A stretch of 64,000 bases of DNA from positions 22,444,001-22,508,000 of the forward strand of contig OX597830.1 of assembly GCA_951406725.2 (NCBI GenBank), read 5' to 3'. Shown here piece by piece: positions 1 through 11,020 of this stretch. Position numbers and translations under genes: made by a program. The stretch is from Octopus vulgaris. Taxonomy: Eukaryota. The notes beneath the pieces were generated by a model that was not told the origin of the DNA, did not search any database, and was given only the letters and a program-made list of their open reading frames with translations. Positions within the stretch are counted from its first letter, which is position 1. Every line of letters starts with the position of its first letter.

Positions 1-114
1 ATATATGATGATGATGATAATGTACATATATGTATATATATATATATGATGATGATGATAATGTACATATATGTATATATATATATATGATGATGATGAT
101 AATGTACATATATG

Positions 115-148
<34 letters not shown>

Positions 149-190
149 TATATATATATATACACACACATATATACATATACATATATA
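1..190. repeat. Compound microsatellite / ~41-bp tandem (ATAT...GATGATGAT...AATGTACAT) forming the expanded middle of a SINE A copy (head at about 190-350, minus)
   Basis: Three repeats of the unit, followed by (TA)n(CA)n and the SINE A head. Confidence 0.85.
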
Positions 191-878
191 CGATGGGGTT
201 CTTTCAGTTTCTGTCTACCAAATCCACTCACAAGGCTTTGGTCGACCCGAGGCTATAGTAGAAGACACTTGCCCAAGGTGCCATGCAGTGGGACTGAACC
301 TGGAACCATGTGGTTCATAAGCAAGCTACTTACCACACAGCCATTCCTATACATTACTGTATAAACAGCTGAACTTAGAATACAGACCTGAAACAGATGC
401 CACAAACCTGATGTACTAACATTCAGCTAAACCACTGTTTGGGATGAACGTTTTATTTATTGCACTTCAAAAGGATGAAAAGCAAAGTTGACAAAAGCAT
501 GATTTGAATTCAAAATGCAGATAGCCAGGACAAATATCACAATGCTTTGTGTCCAACCTAGTAACTGTGATCTTTGAAGGTCCTCTCAGACTAGTGAAAC
601 TCATGTAGTTGATACCCAGCCTGAACATTTATAGGTAAAACATTGATACAGAGGTATTCAGGGGTCTGGTTTGAATGTAATCAAAAAGGCACCCAAGGGA
701 CAAGGTCATCATCATCAGCAGTTGGACAGTGCAAGAGAAACTGATAAACCAGTGGTCTGTGCCAAGCTCTAATGTTTACTTTGACATGGTTTCTACAGCT
801 GGATGCCCTTCCTAAAACCAACTACTTCACAGAATATATCGGGTACTTTTTCCTTGTGACAAAAAAGTTTCTACTTAC

Positions 879-1371
879 CAGTTTCTCATCCGGCAGAAGT
901 GTTAAAACAAGATAAGGAGGTGAGAGAAGAGGAATGCTCAGATCGGAGTCTTTTAAATGTGGGGCACAACAGGTAAGCGAAGCAGATTCTTTGGCCTGGT
1001 GTTTCTCCTCTGTCAAGTCAGTTTGAACAACCAGTTCGACATTAGATACATCCACAGGTCTGTCGGCTAAATCCATGATGTAGTTAGAATGAGGTGTCTT
1101 CTCTACTATTTTCACTCCCAGTGGTATGTCCTGCATCAAGTTGTTGAGAAGGGGGTTACGCAGGATCTGCTCTTTCAGGGAATCGGTGGGTAACGTCATC
1201 TTGTCTGTTTCTGTGAGTTTCTGAGCTTCATTCTCAGTGGGTGGAGTTTCGCTGGGAGGGCTGTTGGTCTCAGTGGATTGCTCCATCTTCTTCGATGTGG
1301 TACAGGATTCTAACTCAGCTTTCAGAGGTTTCCACAAGCCTTCTATCCAAGGCTCCACTACAAGTTCTAAC
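879..1371 (-). CDS. MTRR: Methionine synthase reductase, fourth coding exon (end of FMN domain plus hinge/linker); the gene continues left of the window
   Basis: gaatag|G then LELVVEPWIEGLWKPL (MTRR 'LELVVEPWIAGLWPAL') ...DSDLSIPLLSPPYL...EKL|gtaagt. 493 nt, phases 2/0. Confidence 0.93.
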
Positions 1372-1534
1372 CTATTCAATGGAAAATGGTTCTAATGTGT
1401 AACCACACTTAGACAATAATATATCACAAATATATACAAATGCTGTGTATGTGTGTAGAAATAGGTGCTTTTCTTTGAAGGTTAATAAATTCTTTGAATT
1501 CCTTATTGACAAGATAGGAAACTAGCTAAATATT

Positions 1535-1744
1535 CATTATTTACATTTGACGGATATTTGTCCTCATCTTGTTTGTTGTTAACACAATGTTTTGGCTGAT
1601 ATACTCTCCAGCCTTCATCAGGCATCTTGGGGAAATTTCGAACCTGGGTTCTCATTCCTAAGGTATTTTTCAATGTTGGTGTTGTTATTATTACTATTAT
1701 TATAATTATTATTCAGGTCACTGCCTGGAATCGAACTCGGAATC
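1535..1744 (-). mobile_element. Short retroelement with tRNA-like B-box, (AAT/AAC)n spacer and hammerhead-like motif; inverted copy at about 2060-2250 (+)
   Basis: About 150 bp shared in inverted orientation with 2075-2220. Minus strand GAGTTCGATTCC at 1738-1727. Confidence 0.7.
1581..1626 (-). ncRNA. Second, inverted copy of the same hammerhead-like motif (decayed)
   Basis: Minus strand GAUGC-CUGAUGA-A-GGCUG(loop)CAGCC-AAAA-C-AUU-GUGUU. Differs from CCGAAACGUU by two CpG-type transitions. Confidence 0.6.
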
Positions 1745-2048
1745 ATCATCATCATTGTTTAACGTCCGCTTTCAATGCTAGCATGGGTTGGACGGTTTGA
1801 CTGGGGTCTAGGAAGCCAGGAGGCTGCACCAGGCCCAGTCTGATCTGGCAGTGTTTCTACAGCTGGATGCTCTTCCTAACGCCAACCACTCTGTGAGTGT
1901 AGTGGGTGCTTTTTACGTGCCAGGCGAGTCAGGCAACGGCCACGATCGGTTAGTGCTTTTTACGTGCCACCGGCATGGAGGCCAGTCGAGGCAGCGCTGG
2001 CAATGGCCATGTTCGGATGGTTCTTTTACATTCCACCGGCACTGGTAT
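1742..2048 (-). mobile_element. SINE-like family C ((GAT)n tail, internal degenerate tandem units)
   Basis: Shares 'tttctacagctggatgcccttcctaacgccaaccac' and 'ccatgctagcatgggttggacg' blocks with copies near 5490, 6280, 16085-16420, 19400, 32452-32912, 34030 and 44630. Confidence 0.75.
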
Positions 2049-2123
2049 CACAACTACCATTACAACAACAACAACATTGAAAAATACCTTAGGAATGAGA
2101 ACCCAGGTTCAAAATTTCCCTAA

Positions 2124-2169
2124 GACACCTGATGAAGGCTGGAGGGAATATCAGCTGAAGCGTTGTGTT
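2124..2169 (+). ncRNA. Minimal type-I hammerhead ribozyme-like motif (decayed) in a dispersed repeat
   Basis: GACAC-CUGAUGA-A-GGCUG(loop)CAGCU-GAAG-C-GUU-GUGUU. Stem I GACAC/GUGUU, stem II GGCUG/CAGCU. GAAA is changed to GAAG. Confidence 0.65.
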
Positions 2170-2935
2170 AACAAGAAACAAGATGAGGACAAATATCTGT
2201 CAGATGTAAATAATGTACATGATTCCTCATCTCTTAAATATAGAACTGTAGCTAAATATTATTATTGATATTATTGTACCATATGGATGTAGAGTAGACC
2301 ACAGCAGTATTATTTATGCTTACTGTAGTCATAAAGACTTGGCTTCTGAGAGCCCAGTAATGATAATACCATCTATGGGGTTTGTAGGATAACATATGAG
2401 AACATGTTAAAGAAGCATATGGACTATTCCAGCACCAATGAGCTGCATTTTTGATTGACTGGGGAATGTGGAGAGGTGTTGCCTCAAAACTAAGAGTCAC
2501 TTCATTGGTTTTGACTCAATAAATTTGAACGATTTATAGCTTGAAAGACAATAATTCTTCAAAGAAGGAATACAGTCTTTGAAGGCGATGAAAAAAAAAA
2601 GTTGTTGAATCTAATGGAGTCTGTTTTGATTAATAAATATTGATTTTTTTTTTTTAATTATTAAATTCCTTTCGTCTGTGAATTAATATCAAAATTATAA
2701 TTTAGCAACATATTCTTACAGAAAGGGAAAAAAAAAAATTAATTGTATTTTTTTTTTCATCTAGTTTCAGCTCACGAGCTGTGGCCATGCTGGGGCACTG
2801 CCATTATAAAAGATTAATTTATCAATCATCCCGCCTACACGATAGAATTACTTCAACAAAGAAAAAAAGAAACAAAAATGAAATGTTTATATATTGTTGA
2901 CATGTAGTTTGCTCCCCTTGATAAGCTTTTAACTA

Positions 2936-3442
2936 CCGTAAACCCACGAGTATAGTCCACCCTTGAGTATAATAAGCAGGGGGGGGGGCTGTACCTCTGA
3001 AAAACCTAAACCTTGTGTATAATACGCACCACTTCTCTAATTTGAATCAAGGAGGTCAATATAACGTCCTTGGTTTGTAAAAATGTATACAGTAATGTCC
3101 TTTATTATTATTGTATATATAACATAATACAAACGTGTAGCTTTTTTGTGCATTTTGTTTACAGAAAATAAAGAAATAACAGTAATAACGTTTAATAAAT
3201 ATTGCTTATTGCAAGTTATGGATGATTCTCTTATGTCTTCATTGCTTTCAGGCTTAGCTTAAGGTATTTTCGCGTCCGACATCACAGAATGCGTCTGAAT
3301 AAACATTGCCAGACAGCAAATAGAGACTCGGACATTGCTTAGAAAATATTTTTCATTTTTAACCTCGTGTATAATATGCACTAGGGATTTTGACCTTTAA
3401 ATTTTTTGGCGGAAAATGCGGATTATACTCGAGGATTTACAG
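2936..3442. mobile_element. Non-autonomous Tc1/mariner/pogo-type MITE
   Basis: TA|ccgtaaacccacgagtatagtcc ... ggattatactcgaggatttacag|TA: imperfect ~23-bp TIRs with a TA duplication. Confidence 0.8.
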
Positions 3443-3983
3443 TACTTATTTTCCTTGCATCAAATGTATACAATACTTAAAAGACAAAGGAAATGGTGTG
3501 TACATGTCTTTGTCTTGTAAGCTGGAGTGTGTGACCGTGTTATTTATTTTGCTATTATTGCATGCGATGAATTTTAAAAGACTGCATTGCTACATTTGGT
3601 TAAATAAATAAATTGAGAGAATCTAGAGTTAATTAAAAATGGGTTTAATTTGTTAAGAGACAAAAAAGATATGCTTACAGTGTAGTTTTTATTAAATATA
3701 TTATGGGGGAAATATTTAACTTTACACTTTAAAAATTTCAATGGAAATTTTTATCCAAACATATACATGCAATATATAAAAGAACACAGTCTGTGATTTC
3801 TATGTGAATCAAATATTGAACCAAACACGAGATTTATAAAATGAGGATGCAACTTATTGACTGGCTTGGCTTCTAGATGAGTATATATAGAATATCGTTA
3901 ACATAATCATTGATTTCCTAACGTAACCAGAGTTTCTGTCACTAATATTATGGCTACAAATAATATACTATTGTGTCTGTAAT

Positions 3984-4410
3984 GATTTCAAATTTTGGCA
4001 CAAGGCCATCGATTTTGGGAGATGGAGTAAGTGGATTATAACGACCCCAGTGCTCAACTGGTATGTATTTTATCATCCCAGAAAGGACGAAAGGCAAAGT
4101 CGACCTCAGCAGAATTTGAACTCAGAAGCTAAAGACAGACAAGATGTTACTAGGCATTCTACCTGGTGTGTTACCAATTCTGCCAGCTTGCTGCCTTGTG
4201 TATTGCTAATATTACCTCAGCAAAAGCGGCGAGCTGGCAGAAACGTTAGCATGCTGGGTGAAATGCTTAGCACTGAGTTCAAATTCCGCTGAGGTCGACT
4301 TTCATCCTTTTGGGGTTGATAAATTAAGTATCAGTTGTGTATTGGGGTTGATCTAATCGACTGGCCTCCTCCCCAAAAATTTCAGGCCTTGTGCCTAGAG
4401 TAGAAAAGAA
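3984..4410. mobile_element. Two head-to-head copies of tRNA-derived SINE family B (3984-4196 minus, 4222-4410 plus)
   Basis: 'gcggcgagctggcagaaacgttagc...gagttcaaattccgctgaggtcgactt...catcctttcggggtcgataaattaagtaccag'-type sequence recurs more than 10 times in the window. Confidence 0.8.
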
Positions 4411-4780
4411 TAATACATCAGAATATAATCTGCCGTTATTTATATAACAACAATCTATACTGCTAATTAATATCGGTGGCAGAAGAGCAAATAAACGAGC
4501 CTCAACATGGACACTTGACCTGCTAGAAATAGCAACCAAATCTCCTTCAGACAACATTTTCTCATAAGATATACTGGATAATGCAGTCCTTCAAACCCCT
4601 AAAAAGATAGGGATGGACACATCTAGAATGTCTTTTGTTATAGGTCTGCTCAAGCAAGAACCTGGGGTTAACAGCATCATCATCATCATCATTCATGACA
4701 TCAATGACGACAACGACCACCACCACCACCACCATCGTCATCTTCATTAATGACCCAGTAGCAGGACCCATAGAACTTAC

Positions 4781-4898
4781 CCAACAGCATCATCAGCCCA
4801 ACCACACTCATAAAACAGGTGAGCCCCTAACTCCTCAAGTTTTCTGTTGATAGTTTTGCCACCATTGCAGAATGCATTGTAATTGGTGTCTCCCAGAC
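4781..4898 (-). CDS. MTRR: Methionine synthase reductase, third coding exon (not shown in this frame in the ORF track)
   Basis: Hand translation: ttgcag|(G)[38 protein letters not shown](G)|gtaagt. Matches MTRR '[25 protein letters not shown]...GHADDCVG'. 118 nt, phases 1/2. Confidence 0.95.
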
Positions 4899-5174
4899 CT
4901 GCAACAAGGACAAAGTAACGGTTTTTATTTGGCCAACATTGGAAGTTATTTCAACATGACATGACTGTACAGGGAGCAGATTGTGTGATGATGGGGGTGA
5001 AGCAACACTTTGTGTGAGTTTCAAGACCTTGAGAAGTTTGTGTGAGTGTGGTATTTCTAAAATTTGAAGGAGTATGATGTGTGTGTGTGTGTGGAGGTGA
5101 GGGGGGATGATGGATAGTAAATAAAATTGTTGGCTTAGTGGGAAGATAATGTATTTTCTAAGTCTTTAAAAAGC

Positions 5175-5177
<3 letters not shown>

Positions 5178-5247
<70 letters not shown>
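5178..5247. repeat. (GA)n microsatellite
   Basis: About 35 perfect GA units. Confidence 0.95.
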
Positions 5248-5252
<5 letters not shown>

Positions 5253-5783
5253 GACAGAGATGGAGAGAACAGAAGTGTGGTGGGTAAGAAGTGAGACTAA
5301 TGAAAGAGGAAGGAAGGGAAGATGAGAGCAGAGTAAAAGGGAGGAGAGAGCAAAGTAAGGAGAGGGGAGAGAAGGGTAAGAGGCAAGGGTAAAGGAAAAG
5401 AAAAAGGGAGAGAAAAGAGTACAGTAAATTGATTTTAGGTAAGACAGATGTTCTAGTTATCTACATGAGATTTACCTCCACCTCATCATTTAATGCCCGT
5501 TTTTCATGCTGGCATGGGTTGGATGGTTTGAGAGGGGCTGGCAAGCCAGAGGACTGTGCTGAACTCTATTACCTGCTTTAGCATGGTTTCTACAGCTGGA
5601 TGCCCTTTCTTATGCCAACTTATTTACCCAGGTGCTTTGTATGTGGCACCAGCACCAGAGGGGGTCACCAAGTAAATTGCAAGACAAAGTCCCCCTTGAT
5701 TAGGAGGTGGGGGTGGAGAAGGAGTAGTATCGAGGGAAATGGTTTAAAACAATACTCAGAGTACCAACAAATGATGTACTCAC

Positions 5784-5934
5784 CAAGAACTGTGTATGAC
5801 AGATGTCTCAAGTATTCTTCTTGTTTGGACTTTTTTTTCAGTTTGCGCAGAAATCTCCCGGCTGTGTCAGGGACATCTCCATCGCCTGTGGTGGACACGA
5901 CAAAAACAACACTGCTTTCATCCTCGATCTTGAA
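5784..5934 (-). CDS. MTRR: Methionine synthase reductase, second coding exon
   Basis: ctccag|FKIEDESSVVFVVSTTGDGDVPDTAGRFLRKLKKKSKQEEYLRHLSYTVL-G|gtgagt. Contains the flavodoxin STTGxGDxPD motif. 151 nt, phases 0/1 fit the neighbouring exons. Confidence 0.95.
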
Positions 5935-6730
5935 CTGGAGACATAGAATGGTGATAAGAAAGTTAAGTGGTTGTGCTGCTGGTGATTTTTGTTGTTGCAC
6001 TTGTTATTTAACCCCAAGTCAGCCCCAACTGAGCAGATCTATGATTAAAGGTATTCGGCCATGACCAACTTATTTTTCATGTAAACCTAGCACTACTTAC
6101 TTGTTCAATGTATCCTTCCTCCTTTTTTGTCTAAGACAACAGAATGTGATTTGAGGGATATTTGGCTGCTATTTTTAGCATGTCAAGCAACTATGTAGAG
6201 CAGTGGTTCTCAACCATTTTTTTTCTGATGGACACCTTTGATTCCTATTTTATTCAGGTTGGACCCTCATAACCATTCATCATCATCATTTAACGTCTGT
6301 TGTCCATGCTGGCAAGCTGGGAGCTGCACCAGGTTCCAGCATGATTTGGCATGGTTTCTACAACTGGATGCCCTTCCTAATGCCAACCACTTTACAGAGT
6401 GTACTGAGTGCTTTTATGAGACACCACACAGGTACTTTTACGTGACGCTGCATGGTTGCTCTTATGTGGTACCACATGGGTGCTTTTACATGGCACTCCC
6501 ACAAGTGCTTTACATCAGCAGCAGGATCAGTTTTAACACTTCTGCTGCAGAGTATGGGTCTTCTTGAGCACAGCAAGGCACCAGGTATCTCAGTCTTTTG
6601 TCATCTCACCTGAAAGGTTCAGTATCCTGAGGTCTTTCTTCAGTACATCATCCCATGTCTTCCTGGCTCCCCCACCTCCATGTGTCCCATCTACTTTGAG
6701 AGATTGGCATTCAGTATTTTAGAATCCTAT

Positions 6731-6905
6731 TATCTATTATATAAAATCTGTTCTGTCTGTCTGTGTATGTGTCTTCTAGGATCTTGGGCATCCTCCATGC
6801 GATTGCACTCAAGTTTGATTTGTAGATACCGACGGTATCAGGGCATGTATAAGTTTTGAAAAAAATTACAAAAATCAATTCCAGGTGAGAATGCGATCGA
6901 TAAAG
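6731..6905 (+). mobile_element. Possible non-autonomous Helitron 5' fragment
   Basis: A|TCTATTATATAAAA followed by (TCTG)n/(TG)n, a layout typical of invertebrate Helitron 5' ends. No 3' end seen. Confidence 0.4.
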
Positions 6906-7369
6906 TGAATAAAATCGTTTTTCTTTGGAATAGAAAAAAAGTCTATCTTTATTTCTTCTTTTGCTGGTGTCTCAAATTTAGGTTAAATCAGTGTTTCTCA
7001 AAGGGGAGGCCTATGGGACGGTTGGACAAGTTGTTTTGAGAAAATTTGGTTTAAATGTTTGACAACTCAGCACCGTCCATTGGAGGTGGGGTCGTTTTGC
7101 TTGTATTTTTATAATTAAATATTATTAAGGAATCATGTAAAAAAATTGTTAAACTATTTTGTGTATTGTAGAAATATAACCAATTAATCGGGGATAAATT
7201 TTAATAACAAAATCTTATATGGGCCTCACAAGGGACATAGGAACCCCGGTTGAGAACACTGAAAGGATTTATAGTTGGTTTATCTGATGTTGTTTCATAT
7301 ACTCATTTCAGTCATCAGTCTGCAGTCATGCTGGGACACTGCCTTGAAGTACTGAGATTGAGTTCTTAC

Positions 7370-7782
7370 TTCTTTATTGCCCACAAGGGGCCAAACACAG
7401 AGGGGACAAACAAGGACAGAGAAAGGGATCAAGTCGATTACATTGACCCCAGTGTGTAACTGGTACTTAATTTATTGACCCCGAAAGGATGAAAGGTAAA
7501 GTTGACCTCAGTGGAATTTGAACTCAGAATGTAAAGACAGACGAAATACCTATTTCTTTATTACCCACAAGGGGCTAAACACAGAGGGGACAAACAAGGA
7601 CAGACATAGGTATTAAGTCGATTACATAGACCCCAGTGCGTAACTGGTACTTAATTTATCGACCCCGAAAGGATGAGAGGCAAAGTCGACCTCGGCGGAA
7701 TTTGAACTCACAACGTAACGCAGACGAAATACCGCTAAGCATTTCGCCTGGCGTGCTAATGTTTCTGCCAGCTCACTGCCTT
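7370..7782 (-). mobile_element. SINE family B with tandemly duplicated 3' part
   Basis: 7370-7550 and 7553-7735 are near-identical direct repeats. The head ends at about 7782. Confidence 0.8.
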
Positions 7783-8762
7783 TTGATTGATTTCTATTGA
7801 CTTATTCCATCAGCTTCTTTAACCAAACTGCTAAGTCACAGGGATGTAAACAAACCAACATCTGTTGTCAAGCAGTGATGTAAATTAGTCAAAAGAAGGG
7901 GTAGTGCACATCAGATTTAAAGTTCCTCTGAGACAGGTGAAATTGATGAGGTTAATATTCAGCTTGAATATCTATTTTTGGTCAATGTTTGCGGGATAAT
8001 TGTGGATAGGGAGGTAATTTCAGTGGGTTACTACTGCGAGGAGAAAGGACTGGTTGAAGTATTTCATGCAGGTGTGTGTGTGTGTGTATGTGTGTGCATT
8101 TAAGATGAGACAAAGCGAGGGTGATGGAAAAAGGAGATGAGAGGATCAGGTGGGCATGGGTGGAATGGATACTTATTTAGAGTTAGATGGACTTGGTTGC
8201 ACACAGTTCTGGTCACAAGATACAAACTTCTGTCAGTTCTGCTGGTTGTCTGTTAAACTATCATCATGGACATCTGCATTTTTGTCTATGTATACAAGCA
8301 TGCTATTCTGCGCTCTGAATATGTGTAGTTGGCTGTTGTTTGGTGCAGGTCAGACTTATTTTAGCAACCCTATGACCAAAGGTTTTTCAGTAGTGACCAT
8401 ATTGCCACTTTTTTAGTAATTGTATCTATGACTATATTCATCATCTTATTAAAAAAACTATAGGGTATATGGTTGTTTTCTTCTAGCAGGTCATTGACCA
8501 TGTAGAAGCTATCTTTTTTAATCTAATTGTATAAATAACCATGTATACATGTAAACACACGCACACCCAGTATGTGCACAGACACACCTGTCTGTCTATC
8601 TAATCGGCAGACACTACAAAGTGACTCAAACTAGTTTTTGTAAGTGTGACGTGCACAAAACCCTTGGCCCTTGAGTCACATTGTCACTTATGCTGACTAA
8701 AAATATAAAATATATATATACTCATGTTTTGAGTTTTATTTATTCTGTTTGAAGAACTAAAC

Positions 8763-8812
<50 letters not shown>

Positions 8813-8826
8813 TACATGTACACACA

Positions 8827-9000
8827 CAGTAGCCCCTTGGATATTGCAGGTGTTATGTTCAAACCCCACCCTGTACTGTAAATTTTTAAAATTATTTTTA
8901 TAATTTGTATATATTTATTTTATTATAAATGCAAAACAACACCATGGAAGAATCAACGTAAGCTTAAATGACAAACCGTGATATGGCGTAGGATTACTGT
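8827..9000. mobile_element. Small degenerate Tigger/pogo-like MITE
   Basis: cagtagccccttggatattgcagg ... ccgtgatatggcgtaggattactg|ta form imperfect TIRs. Confidence 0.5.
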
Positions 9001-9823
9001 ACATAGGCACACATTAGTATGTCAAAATGCATTCAAACAGAAATAACAGGAAAGATAATAGTGACAGGCAGAGAGAGAGAGGGGGGGGGGAGAACTGAGC
9101 CTCAAATGTATATAGATTATATTAAGTATGTGTACATGTTTTTTAACTGTGTATATATGTACATGTGTGTAACAGGAATATATAACAAGGGGAAAAAATG
9201 GATAAAGGAGATGTGGTGTGTTGATTATGTAATATATATTGACTATAAAATTGATTATATAAAATTAAAGTTGAATAGGAAATAATTAAATCAATCAAAA
9301 AGAATAGGACAAATGTTTAATTGGACAAAAGAGATGGAAAGAGGATTAAATAAGACAAAAAAAAAGTGTTAAAAGTTTGATATATGAAACACAACCAAAA
9401 GTAGGACCAGAGCAAATTAAGTGAACTGCAATGTAGGTCAAATATTAAATAGGACAAAAACACAAGTTTAAAGTGGGACAGGAGTTAAATAGGACAGTAA
9501 TGGAGGGAGGGAGTTTAATTAAAGCAATGGTGAAGGAAGAACCAAGGTAAATAAGTTAATGAACAGTAGAAAAAGGGGTAAGTTAAAAAGGATAACACCG
9601 AAGGAATATTAAATATATCTGATGATAAAGAGTATTAAAAACAGATAGGAAGTTAAGTGGGATTATAATTATAATGAAGGTAATTATTTTGTAATTAATT
9701 AATTAAAAACATAGCGATAATCAAAGAATGTCCGTGCATATTTCGAAGTACCAATTTGAGAATTTAGGCAGTTTGGAAAATGTGGAGAGAGAAGTTATGG
9801 TAAAAGACAAAGGCATCAGTTAC

Positions 9824-9970
9824 TTTGTCATCGGTGCTACTGAGGCAATGGCGTTCTACAGAGAGACCACTGGCCACGGCATTGTCGTAGATTAACTCGG
9901 AAATGGACTCTGCCTGACCTGTCTGGGAGGCATATAGCAACAGAAAGTGACTGGTGTGAGGGGCTGGCAT
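9824..9970 (-). CDS. MTRR: Methionine synthase reductase, first coding exon (flavodoxin/FMN domain N-terminus); the exon begins at the acceptor at 9997 with 27 nt of 5'UTR
   Basis: Encodes MPAPHTSHFLLLYASQTGQAESISELIYDNAVASGLSVERHCLSSTDDK, similar to MTRR 'FLLLYATQQGQAKAIAEEI...LHCISESDK'. Polypyrimidine/cag acceptor upstream and GTAACT donor after 9824 (phase 0). Confidence 0.93.
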
Positions 9971-10170
9971 GACACTGCAAGTAACAGAAGAACATTCCTG
10001 AAGAAAGGAACAAAGGAAAAGACAAACAAGCAAGATAACATAGGAATGCAAGAAAAATATATGAAATGAAATAGCCATTCGCGTATCATACTAAATGCAA
10101 ATACATCACAAAAAAGGCAATTTAAATGTAGTGTCCATCTGGAGATTAACATCTTTTATGAACATAATAT

Positions 10171-10526
10171 TCTTTTATTTGTTTCAATCATTTGACTGCG
10201 GCCATGCTGGAGCACCGCCTTGAGTTGAGCAAATCGACCCCCAGGACTTATTCTTTGTAAGCCTAGTACTTATTCTATTGGTCTCTCTTGCCAAACCGCT
10301 TAGTGACGGGGACGTAAACACACCAGCATCGGTTGTCAAGCGATGGTAGAGGGGACAAACAAAGACACACAAATATATACATACACACACACACACACAT
10401 ATATATATATGACAGGCTTATTTCAGTTTCCGTCTACCAAATCCACTCACAAGGCATTGATTGGCCTGAGCCCGGAACCATGTGGTTGGTAAGCAAGCTA
10501 CTTACCACACAACCACTCCTATGCCT
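10171..10526 (-). mobile_element. tRNA-derived SINE family A (internal TA/TG microsatellite, GTAAAAGA tail)
   Basis: Head 'ggagtggctgtgtggtaag...ccgggttcagtccc' (A/B-box-like) and tail 'ccagcatggccgcagtcaaatgactgaaacaagtaaaaga'. More than 20 full or partial copies in the window. Confidence 0.88.
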
Positions 10527-10659
10527 ATGTTTAATCCTTTAGCATTCAGATTACTCTGTCAAGTGTAATGCTTATTTATTTACATTGTTTTGAATTAATC
10601 ATGCATTATCTCATAGCTTTGAGATTTTCATGTGTGATTATTTCTTTTTGGAATATCAT

Positions 10660-11020
10660 AGGTGCAGGAGTGGCTGTATGGTAAGTAGCTTGCTTACCAA
10701 CTATATGGTTCCGGGTTCAGTCCAACTGCATGGCAGCTTGGGCAAGTATCTTCTACTATAGCCTCAGGCCAACCAAAGCCTTGTGAGTGGATTTGGTATA
10801 TGGAAACTGAAAGAAGCCCGTTGTATATATGTATATATATATATGTATGTGTGTGTGTGTGTATATGTTTGTATGTCTGTGTTTACGTCCCTGTAACTTA
10901 GCAGTTCGGCAAAAGAGACCGATAGAATAAGTACTATGCTTACAAAGAATAATCCTGGGGTTAATTTGTTTGACTAAAAGGCAGTGCTCCAGCATGGCTG
11001 CATTCAAACAAGTAAAAGAG
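10660..11020 (+). mobile_element. SINE family A, inserted into a TTAA MITE (about 10531-11115)
   Basis: Family A head and tail. The flanks join into the 'ttaaccctttagcatt...aatgctaaagggttaa' MITE also seen at 20288-20516. Confidence 0.85.

Noticed and set aside
30-364. Recurrent ORFs such as '[37 protein letters not shown]' and '[26 protein letters not shown]' throughout the window
   Set aside because: Translations of SINE family A in various frames. Copies have indels and stops, and there is no splice context.
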